From: an uncultured Roseobacteraceae bacterium
GTDB lineage: Bacteria > Bacteroidota > Bacteroidia > Cytophagales > Flammeovirgaceae
Reading direction: 5' to 3'
Assembly: GCA_964444995.1 (NCBI GenBank)
Contig: CAYUJH010000001.1
Span: 1-26,204 of the forward strand
Length of the DNA stretch: 26,204 bases
Both the position numbers and the translations under genes were made by a program. The notes beneath the pieces are model-generated. The model saw only the letters and a program-made list of their open reading frames with translations, did not search any database and was not told where the DNA came from. Positions 8,641 through 16,995 of this stretch are shown piece by piece (the stretch's first letter is position 1; each line of letters opens with the position of its first letter).

Positions 8641-8820
8641 ATGCCTAGATATAAGATTACACAAATCAGAAGTACTATCAAGCGTCCGGAAAACCAGAAG
8701 CGCACCATTAAGGCGCTAGGGCTTGGTAAGATTAACCGCACAGTGGAGCTAGAGGCTACCCCGCAGGTAGTGGGTATGGTTCAAAAAGTTATCCACTTGG
8801 TTAAAGTAGAGGAATTGTAA
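8641..8820 (+). CDS. rpmD: 50S ribosomal protein L30 (uL30)
   Basis: MPRYKITQIRSTIKRPENQKRTIKALGLGKINRTVE...GMVQKVIHLVKVEEL. Start re-called at ATG 8641 (59 aa, canonical length); the track's ATG 8620 overlaps rpsE. Confidence 0.95.
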   Translation: MPRYKITQIRSTIKRPENQKRTIKALGLGKINRTVELEATPQVVGMVQKVIHLVKVEEL

Positions 8821-8845
8821 ACGTTATTAAAAAATTAGTAGCACC

Positions 8846-9295
8846 ATGAATTTGCACAATTTAAAATCAGCCTCAGGTTCTACCAAGAACAGAAAGCGCG
8901 TAGGTAGAGGGCAAGGCTCCGGACGTGGAGGCACCTCAACCCGTGGGCATAAAGGCGCACGTTCTCGTTCGGGCTACAGCCAAAAGGCAGGCTTTGAAGG
9001 CGGTCAGATGCCTTTGCAGCGAAGAGTGCCTAAATTCGGCTTCAAAAACCCGAACCGCGTAGAGTATAAAGTACTTAATGTGGACTTTCTGCAAAAAATT
9101 GCGGAGGAAAAAGGGCTTACTCACTTCGACCTACAAGCTCTCACAGACCTCAACCTCATTGGCAAGCACGATAAAGTAAAAATATTAGCTAGAGGAGTGC
9201 TATCCAGTCCTATTTCTATTACGGCACATGCCTTTTCAGAAAAAGCGAAAAATATCATCGAAAATGCAGGTGGCACTGCTACAGTCTTAGCATAA
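8846..9295 (+). CDS. rplO: 50S ribosomal protein L15 (uL15)
   Basis: RVGRGQGSGRGGTSTRGHKG...GFEGGQMPLQRRVPKFGF...FSEKAKNIIENAGG. Confidence 0.99.
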   Translation: MNLHNLKSASGSTKNRKRVGRGQGSGRGGTSTRGHKGARSRSGYSQKAGFEGGQMPLQRRVPKFGFKNPNRVEYKVLNVDFLQKIAEEKGLTHFDLQALTDLNLIGKHDKVKILARGVLSSPISITAHAFSEKAKNIIENAGGTATVLA

Positions 9296-9310
9296 ACCTT
9301 ATTAAAAGGT

Positions 9311-10630
9311 ATGAAAAAATTCATCACAACCATCAAAAACATATTTTCCATCGAGGAATTGCGTAACCGAATCCTATACACATTAGGGTTGTTGGCTATC
9401 TTTCGCTTTGGTTCGTATGTAGTACTTCCCGGCGTGGACCCGAGCAAACTTGTTGAACAGGGAGGCATTTTCGGTATGCTTAATGTATTTTTAGGAGGTG
9501 CTTTTAGTAGAGCCTCCATCTTTGCGTTGGGCATCATGCCGTACATTTCTGCCTCTATCGTGATCCAATTACTTACAGTGGCAGTACCTTATTTTCAGAA
9601 GCTGCAAAAAGAAGGCGAGTCGGGGCGGAAAAAGATTAATCAAATTACCCGCTTTCTTACTATTGCCATCACGCTCGCGCAGTCTTCGGCCTACTTGAGT
9701 ACCACTATCCCTTCCGATGCTGTTCTTGTAGAGCAGTCGTTTTTTATTCTCTCTTCTATGGTAATTCTTACTTCAGGCACTATTTTCTGTATGTGGCTTG
9801 GGGAACGTATTACCGACAGAGGTATTGGAAACGGTATTTCTATGCTCATTATGATAGGCATTATTTCGGGTTTCCCCGGCGCAATCATTGAGGAAGTTGC
9901 TACACGTGGTACAGGAGGCTTCTTGCTCCTTGTCTTAGAGATGTTAGCCTTGTTCTTTATCGTGATGAGTGTGGTACTACTTACACAGGCTGTGCGTCGT
10001 GTACCTATTCAGTATGCCCGTCAGGTTACGAGTGGAAAGCAGACAGTGCGCGGTCAGCGTGCATACTTACCCTTAAAAGTGAACTCTGCCAACGTAATGC
10101 CTATCATTTTCGCACAGTCGCTCATGTTCTTGCCCTCTTTGTTGGCCGGTTTGTTTGCCCAAGACAACGATGCGGCACGCTACATAGCGCAAAGCTTCTC
10201 GGACTTTACTTCGTGGGAATACAATGTAACGTTCGCGATTTTGATTATTGTTTTCACGTTCTTCTACACGGCCATTACGATTAACCCTAATCAAATGGCA
10301 GAGGACATGAAACGTAGTGGTTCTTTTGTGCCCGGCGTGAAGCCCGGCGAGGAAACCTCGAACTATATCAGTTCAATTTTGGATAAAATCACCTTACCCG
10401 GTGCGCTCTTCTTGGCTGTAGTAGCGGTCTTACCTGCGTTTGCCAATGCTGCCGGCGTTAGTTTTAACTTTGCACAGTTTTACGGTGGCACCTCGCTGAT
10501 TATCATGGTGGGGGTAGTGCTCGATACTTTGCAACAAATAGAAGGCTATCTGCTAATGCGACACTACGAGGGTATGATGAAGTCAGGCAAGTTGCAGGGC
10601 AGGTCGTCTCAGAATGTAGCGGTAGTATAA
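9311..10630 (+). CDS. secY: Preprotein translocase subunit SecY
   Basis: 439 aa, multi-TM. SIFALGIMPYISASI, WLGERITDRGIGNGISMLI, LPLKVNSANVMPIIFA, GGTSLIIMVGV. Confidence 0.99.
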   Translation: MKKFITTIKNIFSIEELRNRILYTLGLLAIFRFGSYVVLPGVDPSKLVEQGGIFGMLNVFLGGAFSRASIFALGIMPYISASIVIQLLTVAVPYFQKLQKEGESGRKKINQITRFLTIAITLAQSSAYLSTTIPSDAVLVEQSFFILSSMVILTSGTIFCMWLGERITDRGIGNGISMLIMIGIISGFPGAIIEEVATRGTGGFLLLVLEMLALFFIVMSVVLLTQAVRRVPIQYARQVTSGKQTVRGQRAYLPLKVNSANVMPIIFAQSLMFLPSLLAGLFAQDNDAARYIAQSFSDFTSWEYNVTFAILIIVFTFFYTAITINPNQMAEDMKRSGSFVPGVKPGEETSNYISSILDKITLPGALFLAVVAVLPAFANAAGVSFNFAQFYGGTSLIIMVGVVLDTLQQIEGYLLMRHYEGMMKSGKLQGRSSQNVAVV

Positions 10631-10648
10631 CTTTAGTAAGCAAATAGC

Positions 10649-10867
10649 ATGTCGAAGCAACCCAATATTGAACAAGACGGAGTCATCGTAGAAGCACTTT
10701 CCAACGCGATGTTTCGCGTAGAGTTGGAGAACGGTCATCAGGTAATAGCACATATTTCTGGTAAGATGCGGATGCACTATATCAAGATTTTACCCGGCGA
10801 CAAAGTAAAGCTCGAAATGTCGCCTTACGACTTGACAAAAGGAAGAATTGTTTATCGCTATAAATAA
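10649..10867 (+). CDS. infA: Translation initiation factor IF-1
   Basis: MSKQ...[16 protein letters not shown]...[29 protein letters not shown]. Confidence 0.99.
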   Translation: MSKQPNIEQDGVIVEALSNAMFRVELENGHQVIAHISGKMRMHYIKILPGDKVKLEMSPYDLTKGRIVYRYK

Positions 10868-10875
10868 CAGAAACT

Positions 10876-10992
10876 ATGAAAGTACGAGCATCAATTAAGA
10901 AAAGAAGTGCTGACTGTAAAATCGTCAGACGCAAGGGGAAGGTGTATATCATCAACAAGAAAAACCCTAAGTACAAACAACGTCAAGGATAA
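10876..10992 (+). CDS. rpmJ: 50S ribosomal protein L36 (bL36, zinc-independent type)
   Basis: Below the ORF-track cutoff. Manual translation gives [38 protein letters not shown] (38 aa). Confidence 0.98.
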   Translation: MKVRASIKKRSADCKIVRRKGKVYIINKKNPKYKQRQG

Positions 10993-11012
10993 CTTAAACA
11001 AAATATTATACA

Positions 11013-11390
11013 ATGGCACGTATTGCAGGTGTAGATATTCCCGATAACAAGCGCGGCGAGGTAGCATTGACCTATATATTTGGTATAGGCAGACCCTCTG
11101 CACAGGCTATTCTCGATAAATCAGGAATTAGCAGCGACAAGAAGGTAAAAGATTGGACGGACGAAGAGGCGCAAAAAGTCCGCGACTTGATAGGTAGCGA
11201 ATACAGAATAGAAGGCGAGCTAAAGTCTGACATACAGTTGAGTATCAAACGTCTGATGGATATTGGCTGCTACCGTGGCCTTCGTCATAGAAGGGGCTTG
11301 CCTGTTCGCGGTCAGAGAACCAAAAACAACTCGAGAACGCGTAAGGGTAAACGTAAGACAGTTGCTAACAAGAAAAAAGCAACGAAGTAA
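11013..11390 (+). CDS. rpsM: 30S ribosomal protein S13 (uS13)
   Basis: [10 protein letters not shown]...ALTYIFGIG...[28 protein letters not shown]. Confidence 0.99.
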   Translation: MARIAGVDIPDNKRGEVALTYIFGIGRPSAQAILDKSGISSDKKVKDWTDEEAQKVRDLIGSEYRIEGELKSDIQLSIKRLMDIGCYRGLRHRRGLPVRGQRTKNNSRTRKGKRKTVANKKKATK

Positions 11391-11427
11391 TAAGTGATTA
11401 GTTTTAATCTGTTTTGAATCTTCGATA

Positions 11428-11820
11428 ATGGCAGGAAAAAGAAAAGATAAAGCAAAGAAAAAAGTAGTTGTAGTTGATGCCCTCGGCGAGGCGCATATCA
11501 AAGCCTCTTTCAACAACATCATCATTTCTTTGACGAACAAAAATGGTCAGGTCATTTCATGGTCTTCGGCCGGTAAGATGGGCTTCCGTGGTTCGAAAAA
11601 GAATACGCCGTATGCCGCTCAAATGGCTGCGCAAGATTGTGCTAAAGTTGCCCATGACTTGGGCCTTCGCAAGGTGGAGGTATTTGTGAAAGGACCAGGG
11701 TCGGGACGTGAGTCTGCTATCCGAACTCTTCAGCAGGTAGGCATTGACGTACTCTCTATTCGCGACGTTACGCCGCTGCCACACAATGGCTGCCGCCCTC
11801 CGAAAAGAAGACGTGTTTGA
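11428..11820 (+). CDS. rpsK: 30S ribosomal protein S11 (uS11)
   Basis: [12 protein letters not shown]...[21 protein letters not shown]...GPGSGRESA...[18 protein letters not shown]. Confidence 0.99.
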   Translation: MAGKRKDKAKKKVVVVDALGEAHIKASFNNIIISLTNKNGQVISWSSAGKMGFRGSKKNTPYAAQMAAQDCAKVAHDLGLRKVEVFVKGPGSGRESAIRTLQQVGIDVLSIRDVTPLPHNGCRPPKRRRV

Positions 11821-11854
11821 TTGTGGTTGATAAAAATTGTAAAGACTAAGTTAG

Positions 11855-12472
11855 ATGGCAAGATATACAGGACCTACTACCAAAGTAGCAAGAAAATTTA
11901 ATGAGCCTATCTTCGGCTCTTCTCCGGCGAAGTCAAAAGCGCTGAAAGACAAGCCATTCCCTCCCGGCCAACACGGGCGAAACCGTCGCAAGAAGTCTTC
12001 GGAATACGCCGTGCAGCTTATGGAGAAGCAGAAGGCAAAATATACATATGGTATTCTTGAAAAGCAGTTCCGCAACTTGTTCGATAAAGCCGCAAGCAAG
12101 CAAGGTGTAACCGGTACGCTCTTACTGCAATTCTTGGAGGCTCGTCTCGATAATACGGTATATCGCTTGGGTATTGCTAAAACGCGTCGTGCTGCCCGTC
12201 AGCTCGTTTCGCACAAGCATATTACCGTGAACGGAAAAGTAGTAAATATTGCTTCTTTCTCGGTTCGGCCGGGCGATATTGTGGGCGTACGCGACAAGTC
12301 GCAAGGGCTTGGTGCTATTGCTGAAAGCCTAGGCAGCCAGCAGCGTTCCCGCTACCCGTGGCTAGAGTGGGATTCTTCTAAAATGCAGGGCAAGTTTATC
12401 ACTTTCCCAGAACGTGAAGAAATTCCCGAAAACATTCGCGAACAACTTATCGTCGAGTTGTATTCTAAGTAA
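11855..12472 (+). CDS. rpsD: 30S ribosomal protein S4 (uS4)
   Basis: MARYTGP...PPGQHG...[12 protein letters not shown]...[12 protein letters not shown]...[10 protein letters not shown]...IVELYSK. Confidence 0.99.
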   Translation: MARYTGPTTKVARKFNEPIFGSSPAKSKALKDKPFPPGQHGRNRRKKSSEYAVQLMEKQKAKYTYGILEKQFRNLFDKAASKQGVTGTLLLQFLEARLDNTVYRLGIAKTRRAARQLVSHKHITVNGKVVNIASFSVRPGDIVGVRDKSQGLGAIAESLGSQQRSRYPWLEWDSSKMQGKFITFPEREEIPENIREQLIVELYSK

Positions 12473-12523
12473 TGTTCTTCCTCTATTACATCGAGTTGTA
12501 ATCTACTTTAAAGCAAAATACCT

Positions 12524-13513
12524 ATGTCAATATTAGCCTTTCAAATGCCCGATAACGTGGTGATGCAAAAAGCAGATAACTTCCACGGTCTCTTTGAGTT
12601 TAAACCGCTTGAAAGAGGATACGGCGTTACTATCGGAAATTCTCTGAGAAGAATTTTACTATCCTCCTTGGAAGGGTATGCGATTATAGGGGTAAAATTC
12701 CCGAACGTGCTTCACGAGTTCTCTTCCATTGACGGCGTGGTGGAAGACGTAACGGAGATTATCCTGAACCTAAAAACAATTCGTTTTAAAAAGGTTGGTG
12801 AAAATAACGCAACGCGCATCAACGTGCAGGTAAGCGGAAAAGATGTGTTCAAGGCCGAAGACATAGCCAACTTTACAAGCGACTTTAAGGTATTGAACCC
12901 CGAGGCGGTTATCTGCCACCTCGATCCTTCGGTTACACTTCAAGTAGAGCTTGTGCTCTCGAAAGGACGTGGCTACGTACCTGCTGAAGATAATAAAGAT
13001 ACAGAGCAAGCACTTGGATATATCCCTATCGACGCCATTTTTACCCCTATCAAAAACGTAAAGTACAGCGTGGAGAATACAAGGGTAGAACAGCGGACAG
13101 ACTACGAAAAGCTTCTCTTAGAAATTGAAACCGATGGTTCTATCCACCCAGAAGATGCCTTGAAGGGTGCGGCCAATATTTTGATACAGCATTTTATGCT
13201 CTTCTCTGACCAAACGATGACTTTCCAACACGAAGACAAGGCGGAGGAAGAACCTATTGACGAAGAATATCTACGTATGCGTAAGTTGCTCAAGAGTTCT
13301 TTGAGCGACCTTGACCTTTCGGTACGCGCCTTTAACTGTTTGAAAGCAGCCGATGTGCGCACATTGGGCGACCTAGTTAGCCTTGAGATTGCAGATATGA
13401 TGAAGTTCAGAAATTTTGGCAAAAAATCGCTCACAGAGCTTGAGCAGCTCGTTGCCGAAAAAAATCTAACGTTCGGACTCGACGTATCCAAGTATCGGTT
13501 AGATGAAGACTAG
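12524..13513 (+). CDS. rpoA: DNA-directed RNA polymerase subunit alpha
   Basis: [24 protein letters not shown]...IDAIFTPI...[10 protein letters not shown]...RNFGKKSL. Confidence 0.99.
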   Translation: MSILAFQMPDNVVMQKADNFHGLFEFKPLERGYGVTIGNSLRRILLSSLEGYAIIGVKFPNVLHEFSSIDGVVEDVTEIILNLKTIRFKKVGENNATRINVQVSGKDVFKAEDIANFTSDFKVLNPEAVICHLDPSVTLQVELVLSKGRGYVPAEDNKDTEQALGYIPIDAIFTPIKNVKYSVENTRVEQRTDYEKLLLEIETDGSIHPEDALKGAANILIQHFMLFSDQTMTFQHEDKAEEEPIDEEYLRMRKLLKSSLSDLDLSVRAFNCLKAADVRTLGDLVSLEIADMMKFRNFGKKSLTELEQLVAEKNLTFGLDVSKYRLDED

Positions 13514-13552
13514 CCCCAGACCATTCGGCTTAAAAAAGAAGATAATAATACA

Positions 13553-14065
13553 ATGAGACACGGTAAGAAAATTAATCATTTAGGCAGAACTGCCTCTCAT
13601 CGGAAATCTATGCTTTCTAACATGGCGGTTTCCTTGATTATGCACAAGAGAATCTCCACAACGTTGGCTAAAGCTAAAGAACTTAGAAAGTATGTGGAAC
13701 CCCTCGTTACGAAGAGTAAGGATGACTCTACACATGCACGCAGAGTGGTGTTCGCTTACTTGCAAGACAACGCGGCCATCAACGAGCTGTTCAATAATGT
13801 ATCTAACAAGGTGGCAGACCGCCCTGGAGGATATACGCGTATCATCAAAACGGGCAACCGGTTGGGTGATAATGCTGAAACGTGCATCATCGAACTAGTA
13901 GATTTTAACGAGTTGTTACTTGCTAGCGACAGCGAAGGAAAAGCTACGAGAAGACGACGTAAGAAGAAGTCGAACGTAGAAGCAGCGCCTGCAACCGAGG
14001 CGGCCGTAGAAACTACAACGCCGCAAGAAGCCGACGACGCACCTGCTAAAGAAGAAAAAAAATAA
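13553..14065 (+). CDS. rplQ: 50S ribosomal protein L17 (bL17) with basic/Ala-Glu-rich C-terminal tail
   Basis: [20 protein letters not shown]...[10 protein letters not shown]...[10 protein letters not shown]...RLGDNA. Confidence 0.99.
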   Translation: MRHGKKINHLGRTASHRKSMLSNMAVSLIMHKRISTTLAKAKELRKYVEPLVTKSKDDSTHARRVVFAYLQDNAAINELFNNVSNKVADRPGGYTRIIKTGNRLGDNAETCIIELVDFNELLLASDSEGKATRRRRKKKSNVEAAPATEAAVETTTPQEADDAPAKEEKK

Positions 14066-14095
14066 GCCAAAATGAAATAAATTTTGTGCGCTATG

Positions 14096-14129
14096 GGGAA
14101 ATGATTGTACAGTCATTTCCCTTTTTTTT
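14096..14129 (+). terminator. Rho-independent terminator of the ribosomal operon
   Basis: Perfect 9-bp stem GGGAAATGA (14096-14104)/TCATTTCCC (14113-14121) followed by T8 (14122-14129), 30 nt after the rplQ stop. Confidence 0.9.
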
Positions 14130-14292
14130 GAGCATACCACAGCTCACGGCAGGCCGAGTGCCTGTTCAAGAAGTTATAAGGCATATGCTTTTGTTTGTAC
14201 TTTTCGCTAAGGGTAAAAAAGCAAGCATTTGTCGGAATACTCGTGCAAATTCCCTTTATTTGAACCTAAATTTTAGTCCTACAATACGCTAA

Positions 14293-15387
14293 ATGATGAC
14301 TTCTAAACTTCAAGCAGGTAGATTATTGTTACAAGACGGCACATCGTTCGCCGGCAAGATGGTAGGCCACGACGGTCTTTCTAGTGGAGAAATTTGCTTC
14401 AATACTGGTATGACCGGCTACCAAGAAATTTATACCGACCCCTCTTACTATGGGCAAATTATCGTAACAACCAATGCACATATTGGCAACTACGGGGTGA
14501 TGAACATGGAGGTAGAGTCGGGGAGTGTGCAGGTGAGAGGCGTAGTGATTAATAGTTTTGCTCATATTTTTTCTCGCAGTAAGGCATTGGCTAGCCTGCA
14601 AAAATATCTTGCCGATAACCAAGTAGCCGGTATCTGTGAGGTGGACACGCGCAGTTTGGTGCGTCATATCCGTAAGTATGGTGCTATGAATGCCGTGCTT
14701 ACAGCTGAGACCCGCTTGGAAGAAGCGTGCAAAGTATTGGCCGATACACCTAGTATGGACGGGCTAGAACTAGCCTCGCAGGTGAGCACAAAACAGGTGT
14801 ACGATGTGGGTAGTGGAGAATATCGTGTGGCCGTGCTCGATTTGGGGGTCAAACTCAATATCTTGCGCAGCTTTGTCGCTCGAAATTGTACGCTGAAGGT
14901 ATTTCCTCACGATACGCCCTTAGCCGATATGCTTGCATGGGAGCCCGACGGCTTTTTTCTTTCCAACGGCCCGGGAGACCCTGCCGCCATGCCCGATACA
15001 ATTGCCTGCGTTGCTCAGATGATTGACACGCAAAAACCTGTATTTGGCATTTGTCTGGGGCATCAAATGATTGCCTCCTCTCAAGGGGTTGGTACATATA
15101 AAATGCACCACGGTCATCGGGGCTTAAATCACCCTATCAAAAACTTGCGCACAGGCTTGTGCGAGATTACCTCACAAAATCATGGTTTTACGGTAAGTGA
15201 AGAGGCTGTGCGTAAAAATACGGCCATAGAGGTTACGCACATTAACTTAAACGACCAGACCATTGAGGGAATTCGGTTGAAAGACCGCCCGGTATTTTCG
15301 GTGCAATATCATCCTGAGGCTTCGCCGGGTCCGCACGACTCACACTATCTGTTTGATGAGTTTGTCGCTTCATTGGCAAGCCGATAA
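14293..15387 (+). CDS. carA: Carbamoyl-phosphate synthase small (glutaminase) subunit
   Basis: GEICFNTGMTGYQEIYTDPSYYGQI, LSNGPGDP, catalytic Cys in FGICLGHQ, ITSQNHGF, VQYHPEASPGPHD. Tandem ATG at 14293/14296 makes the exact start ambiguous. Confidence 0.97.
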   Translation: MMTSKLQAGRLLLQDGTSFAGKMVGHDGLSSGEICFNTGMTGYQEIYTDPSYYGQIIVTTNAHIGNYGVMNMEVESGSVQVRGVVINSFAHIFSRSKALASLQKYLADNQVAGICEVDTRSLVRHIRKYGAMNAVLTAETRLEEACKVLADTPSMDGLELASQVSTKQVYDVGSGEYRVAVLDLGVKLNILRSFVARNCTLKVFPHDTPLADMLAWEPDGFFLSNGPGDPAAMPDTIACVAQMIDTQKPVFGICLGHQMIASSQGVGTYKMHHGHRGLNHPIKNLRTGLCEITSQNHGFTVSEEAVRKNTAIEVTHINLNDQTIEGIRLKDRPVFSVQYHPEASPGPHDSHYLFDEFVASLASR

Positions 15388-15402
15388 GTTAGGGGAGGGT
15401 AT

Positions 15403-16524
15403 ATGCGTATTGGGATTGTGGCAAATACAGCTTGGAACGTGGCAAACTTCCGCCGAAACTTATTAGAGGCGTTTCGCGAAGAGTGCCATGAGGTGTGGAT
15501 ATTTGCCCCTACCGATGCGCACGCAGCAAAACTTATTGCTGCAGGGGCATACTTTGTACACGTCCCTTTGCAAAATAAAGGTGCCAATCCTATCCGCGAC
15601 TTCTACTACGCATGGTCATTATATCGAAAGTATCGCCGGCATCGGCTCGATGTGGTACTACATTTTACGGTGAAACCCAATATTTATGGCACGTTGGCTG
15701 CTCGTTTAGCAGGCATACCTTGTATTAATAATGTTACAGGGCTGGGCACAGTGTTTTTACACGATAACCTCAAAACAAGCTTGGCTAAATGGCTGTACCG
15801 CTTTAGTTTTCGATTTCCGAAGCTCATCTTTTTCCAAAATGCCGACGACCGTGCCTTATTTGCCAAAGAACGCTTGCTTACATCGGGTGTGCCTACGGAA
15901 GTACTGCCCGGCTCGGGAGTGGACACTGCCTATTTTGCTCCGCAGCCGCGTACTGCAAAAGCGCGGAGATTTACCTTTTTGATGATTGCACGGCTACTGT
16001 TCGATAAGGGCGTGCGAGAATACGTAGAAGCTGCACGAAAGCTAAAGCCTATGAGCGAGGCGCTCTCGTTTCAGTTGTTGGGTACTTTGGAGACAGAGGC
16101 CGGACTTGGCCTGACTGCTGCGCAGGTAGCCCAATGGGAAGCAGATGGACTTGTTGAATACTTAGGCACAACCGACGACGTGCGCCCCTTTATTGCCGAT
16201 GCCGACTGCGTAGTGTTGCCTTCGTATCGTGAGGGGACGCCACGGGCATTGCTCGAGGCTGCTAGTATGGCGAAGCCTTTGATTGCCACCAACGTAGCTG
16301 GCTGTAAAGAGGTAGTGGCCGAAGGGGAGAATGGCTGGTTGTGTGCCCTAAAAGATGCGGACGATTTGGCAGAAAAAATGACTCGAATGTGGGTATGTAG
16401 CCCAGCAGAGCGCGACCGAATGGGCCAAAATAGCCGCGTGTTAGCCGTACAGCGTTTCGACCATACACTGGTTACCACCGCTTATCAAAGAGCGATTGCT
16501 CGCCTAGAAACAAAAGTTGTGTGA
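15403..16524 (+). CDS. Glycosyltransferase family 4 (GT-B fold, CapM/PglA-like)
   Basis: N-terminal IVANTAWNVANFRRNL, HFTVKPNIYG, FQNADD, PGSGVD, ARLLFDKGVREY, EX7E motif VLPSYREGTPRALLEAASM. Confidence 0.9.
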   Translation: MRIGIVANTAWNVANFRRNLLEAFREECHEVWIFAPTDAHAAKLIAAGAYFVHVPLQNKGANPIRDFYYAWSLYRKYRRHRLDVVLHFTVKPNIYGTLAARLAGIPCINNVTGLGTVFLHDNLKTSLAKWLYRFSFRFPKLIFFQNADDRALFAKERLLTSGVPTEVLPGSGVDTAYFAPQPRTAKARRFTFLMIARLLFDKGVREYVEAARKLKPMSEALSFQLLGTLETEAGLGLTAAQVAQWEADGLVEYLGTTDDVRPFIADADCVVLPSYREGTPRALLEAASMAKPLIATNVAGCKEVVAEGENGWLCALKDADDLAEKMTRMWVCSPAERDRMGQNSRVLAVQRFDHTLVTTAYQRAIARLETKVV

Positions 16525-16548
16525 AAAGTATATACAAACGATGGTAGT

Positions 16549-16995
16549 ATGAAGGATATTTTGATTTTAAATGGCCCTAACCTGAACTTGCTTGGCAAGC
16601 GCGAACCCGATATTTACGGCCGAGAAACTTTTGAGGACTACTTGGTTACCCTGAAAACACGTTTTGAACATAAAGCATTCTTGCACTACATACAATCGAA
16701 TCACGAGGGTGTATTGCTCGATACGCTGCACGCGCAGGGCTTTACTATCGGCGGAATCGTTTTCAATGCTGGCGGCTATACCCACACGTCCGTAGCGCTT
16801 GGCGATGCGATTGCCGCAATTGCTGCCCCGGTGGTAGAAGTCCATATTTCCAACGTATATGCTCGAGAAAACTTCCGCCACCACAGTTATTTGAGTAAGC
16901 ACTGCGCTGGGGTAATCGCCGGTTTTGGTTTTATCGGATACGCACTGGCTATCGAGTATTTGATAAGTTTAGGACAGCAGCAGGCTTCATATTAA
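16549..16995 (+). CDS. aroQ: Type II 3-dehydroquinate dehydratase
   Basis: LNGPNLNLLGKREPDIYG, QSNHEG, NAGGYTHTSVALGDA, EVHISNVYARE. Confidence 0.97.
   Translation: MKDILILNGPNLNLLGKREPDIYGRETFEDYLVTLKTRFEHKAFLHYIQSNHEGVLLDTLHAQGFTIGGIVFNAGGYTHTSVALGDAIAAIAAPVVEVHISNVYARENFRHHSYLSKHCAGVIAGFGFIGYALAIEYLISLGQQQASY

Noticed and set aside
6438-12472. Zinc-ribbon-less forms of uS14, bL36 and uS4
   Set aside because: These are the usual forms in Bacteroidota operons, not zinc-starvation paralogues.
13920-14065. bL17 C-terminal tail (TRRRRKKKS plus Ala/Glu/Pro-rich)
   Set aside because: Such tails are common in Bacteroidota bL17, and this one is low complexity, unlike the uL29 extension.
4092-14140. 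Many 60-140 aa antisense or alternate-frame ORFs over the ribosomal operon
   Set aside because: They overlap unambiguous highly conserved genes and have no recognisable motifs; expected from codon bias.
14130-14292. Possible PyrR-type attenuator or riboswitch ahead of carA (small hairpin GGCAGGC/GCCTGTT at about 14148-14166)
   Set aside because: No PyrR-binding loop consensus and no terminator/antiterminator pair before the ATG; the strong hairpin at 14096-14129 is better explained as the rplQ terminator.
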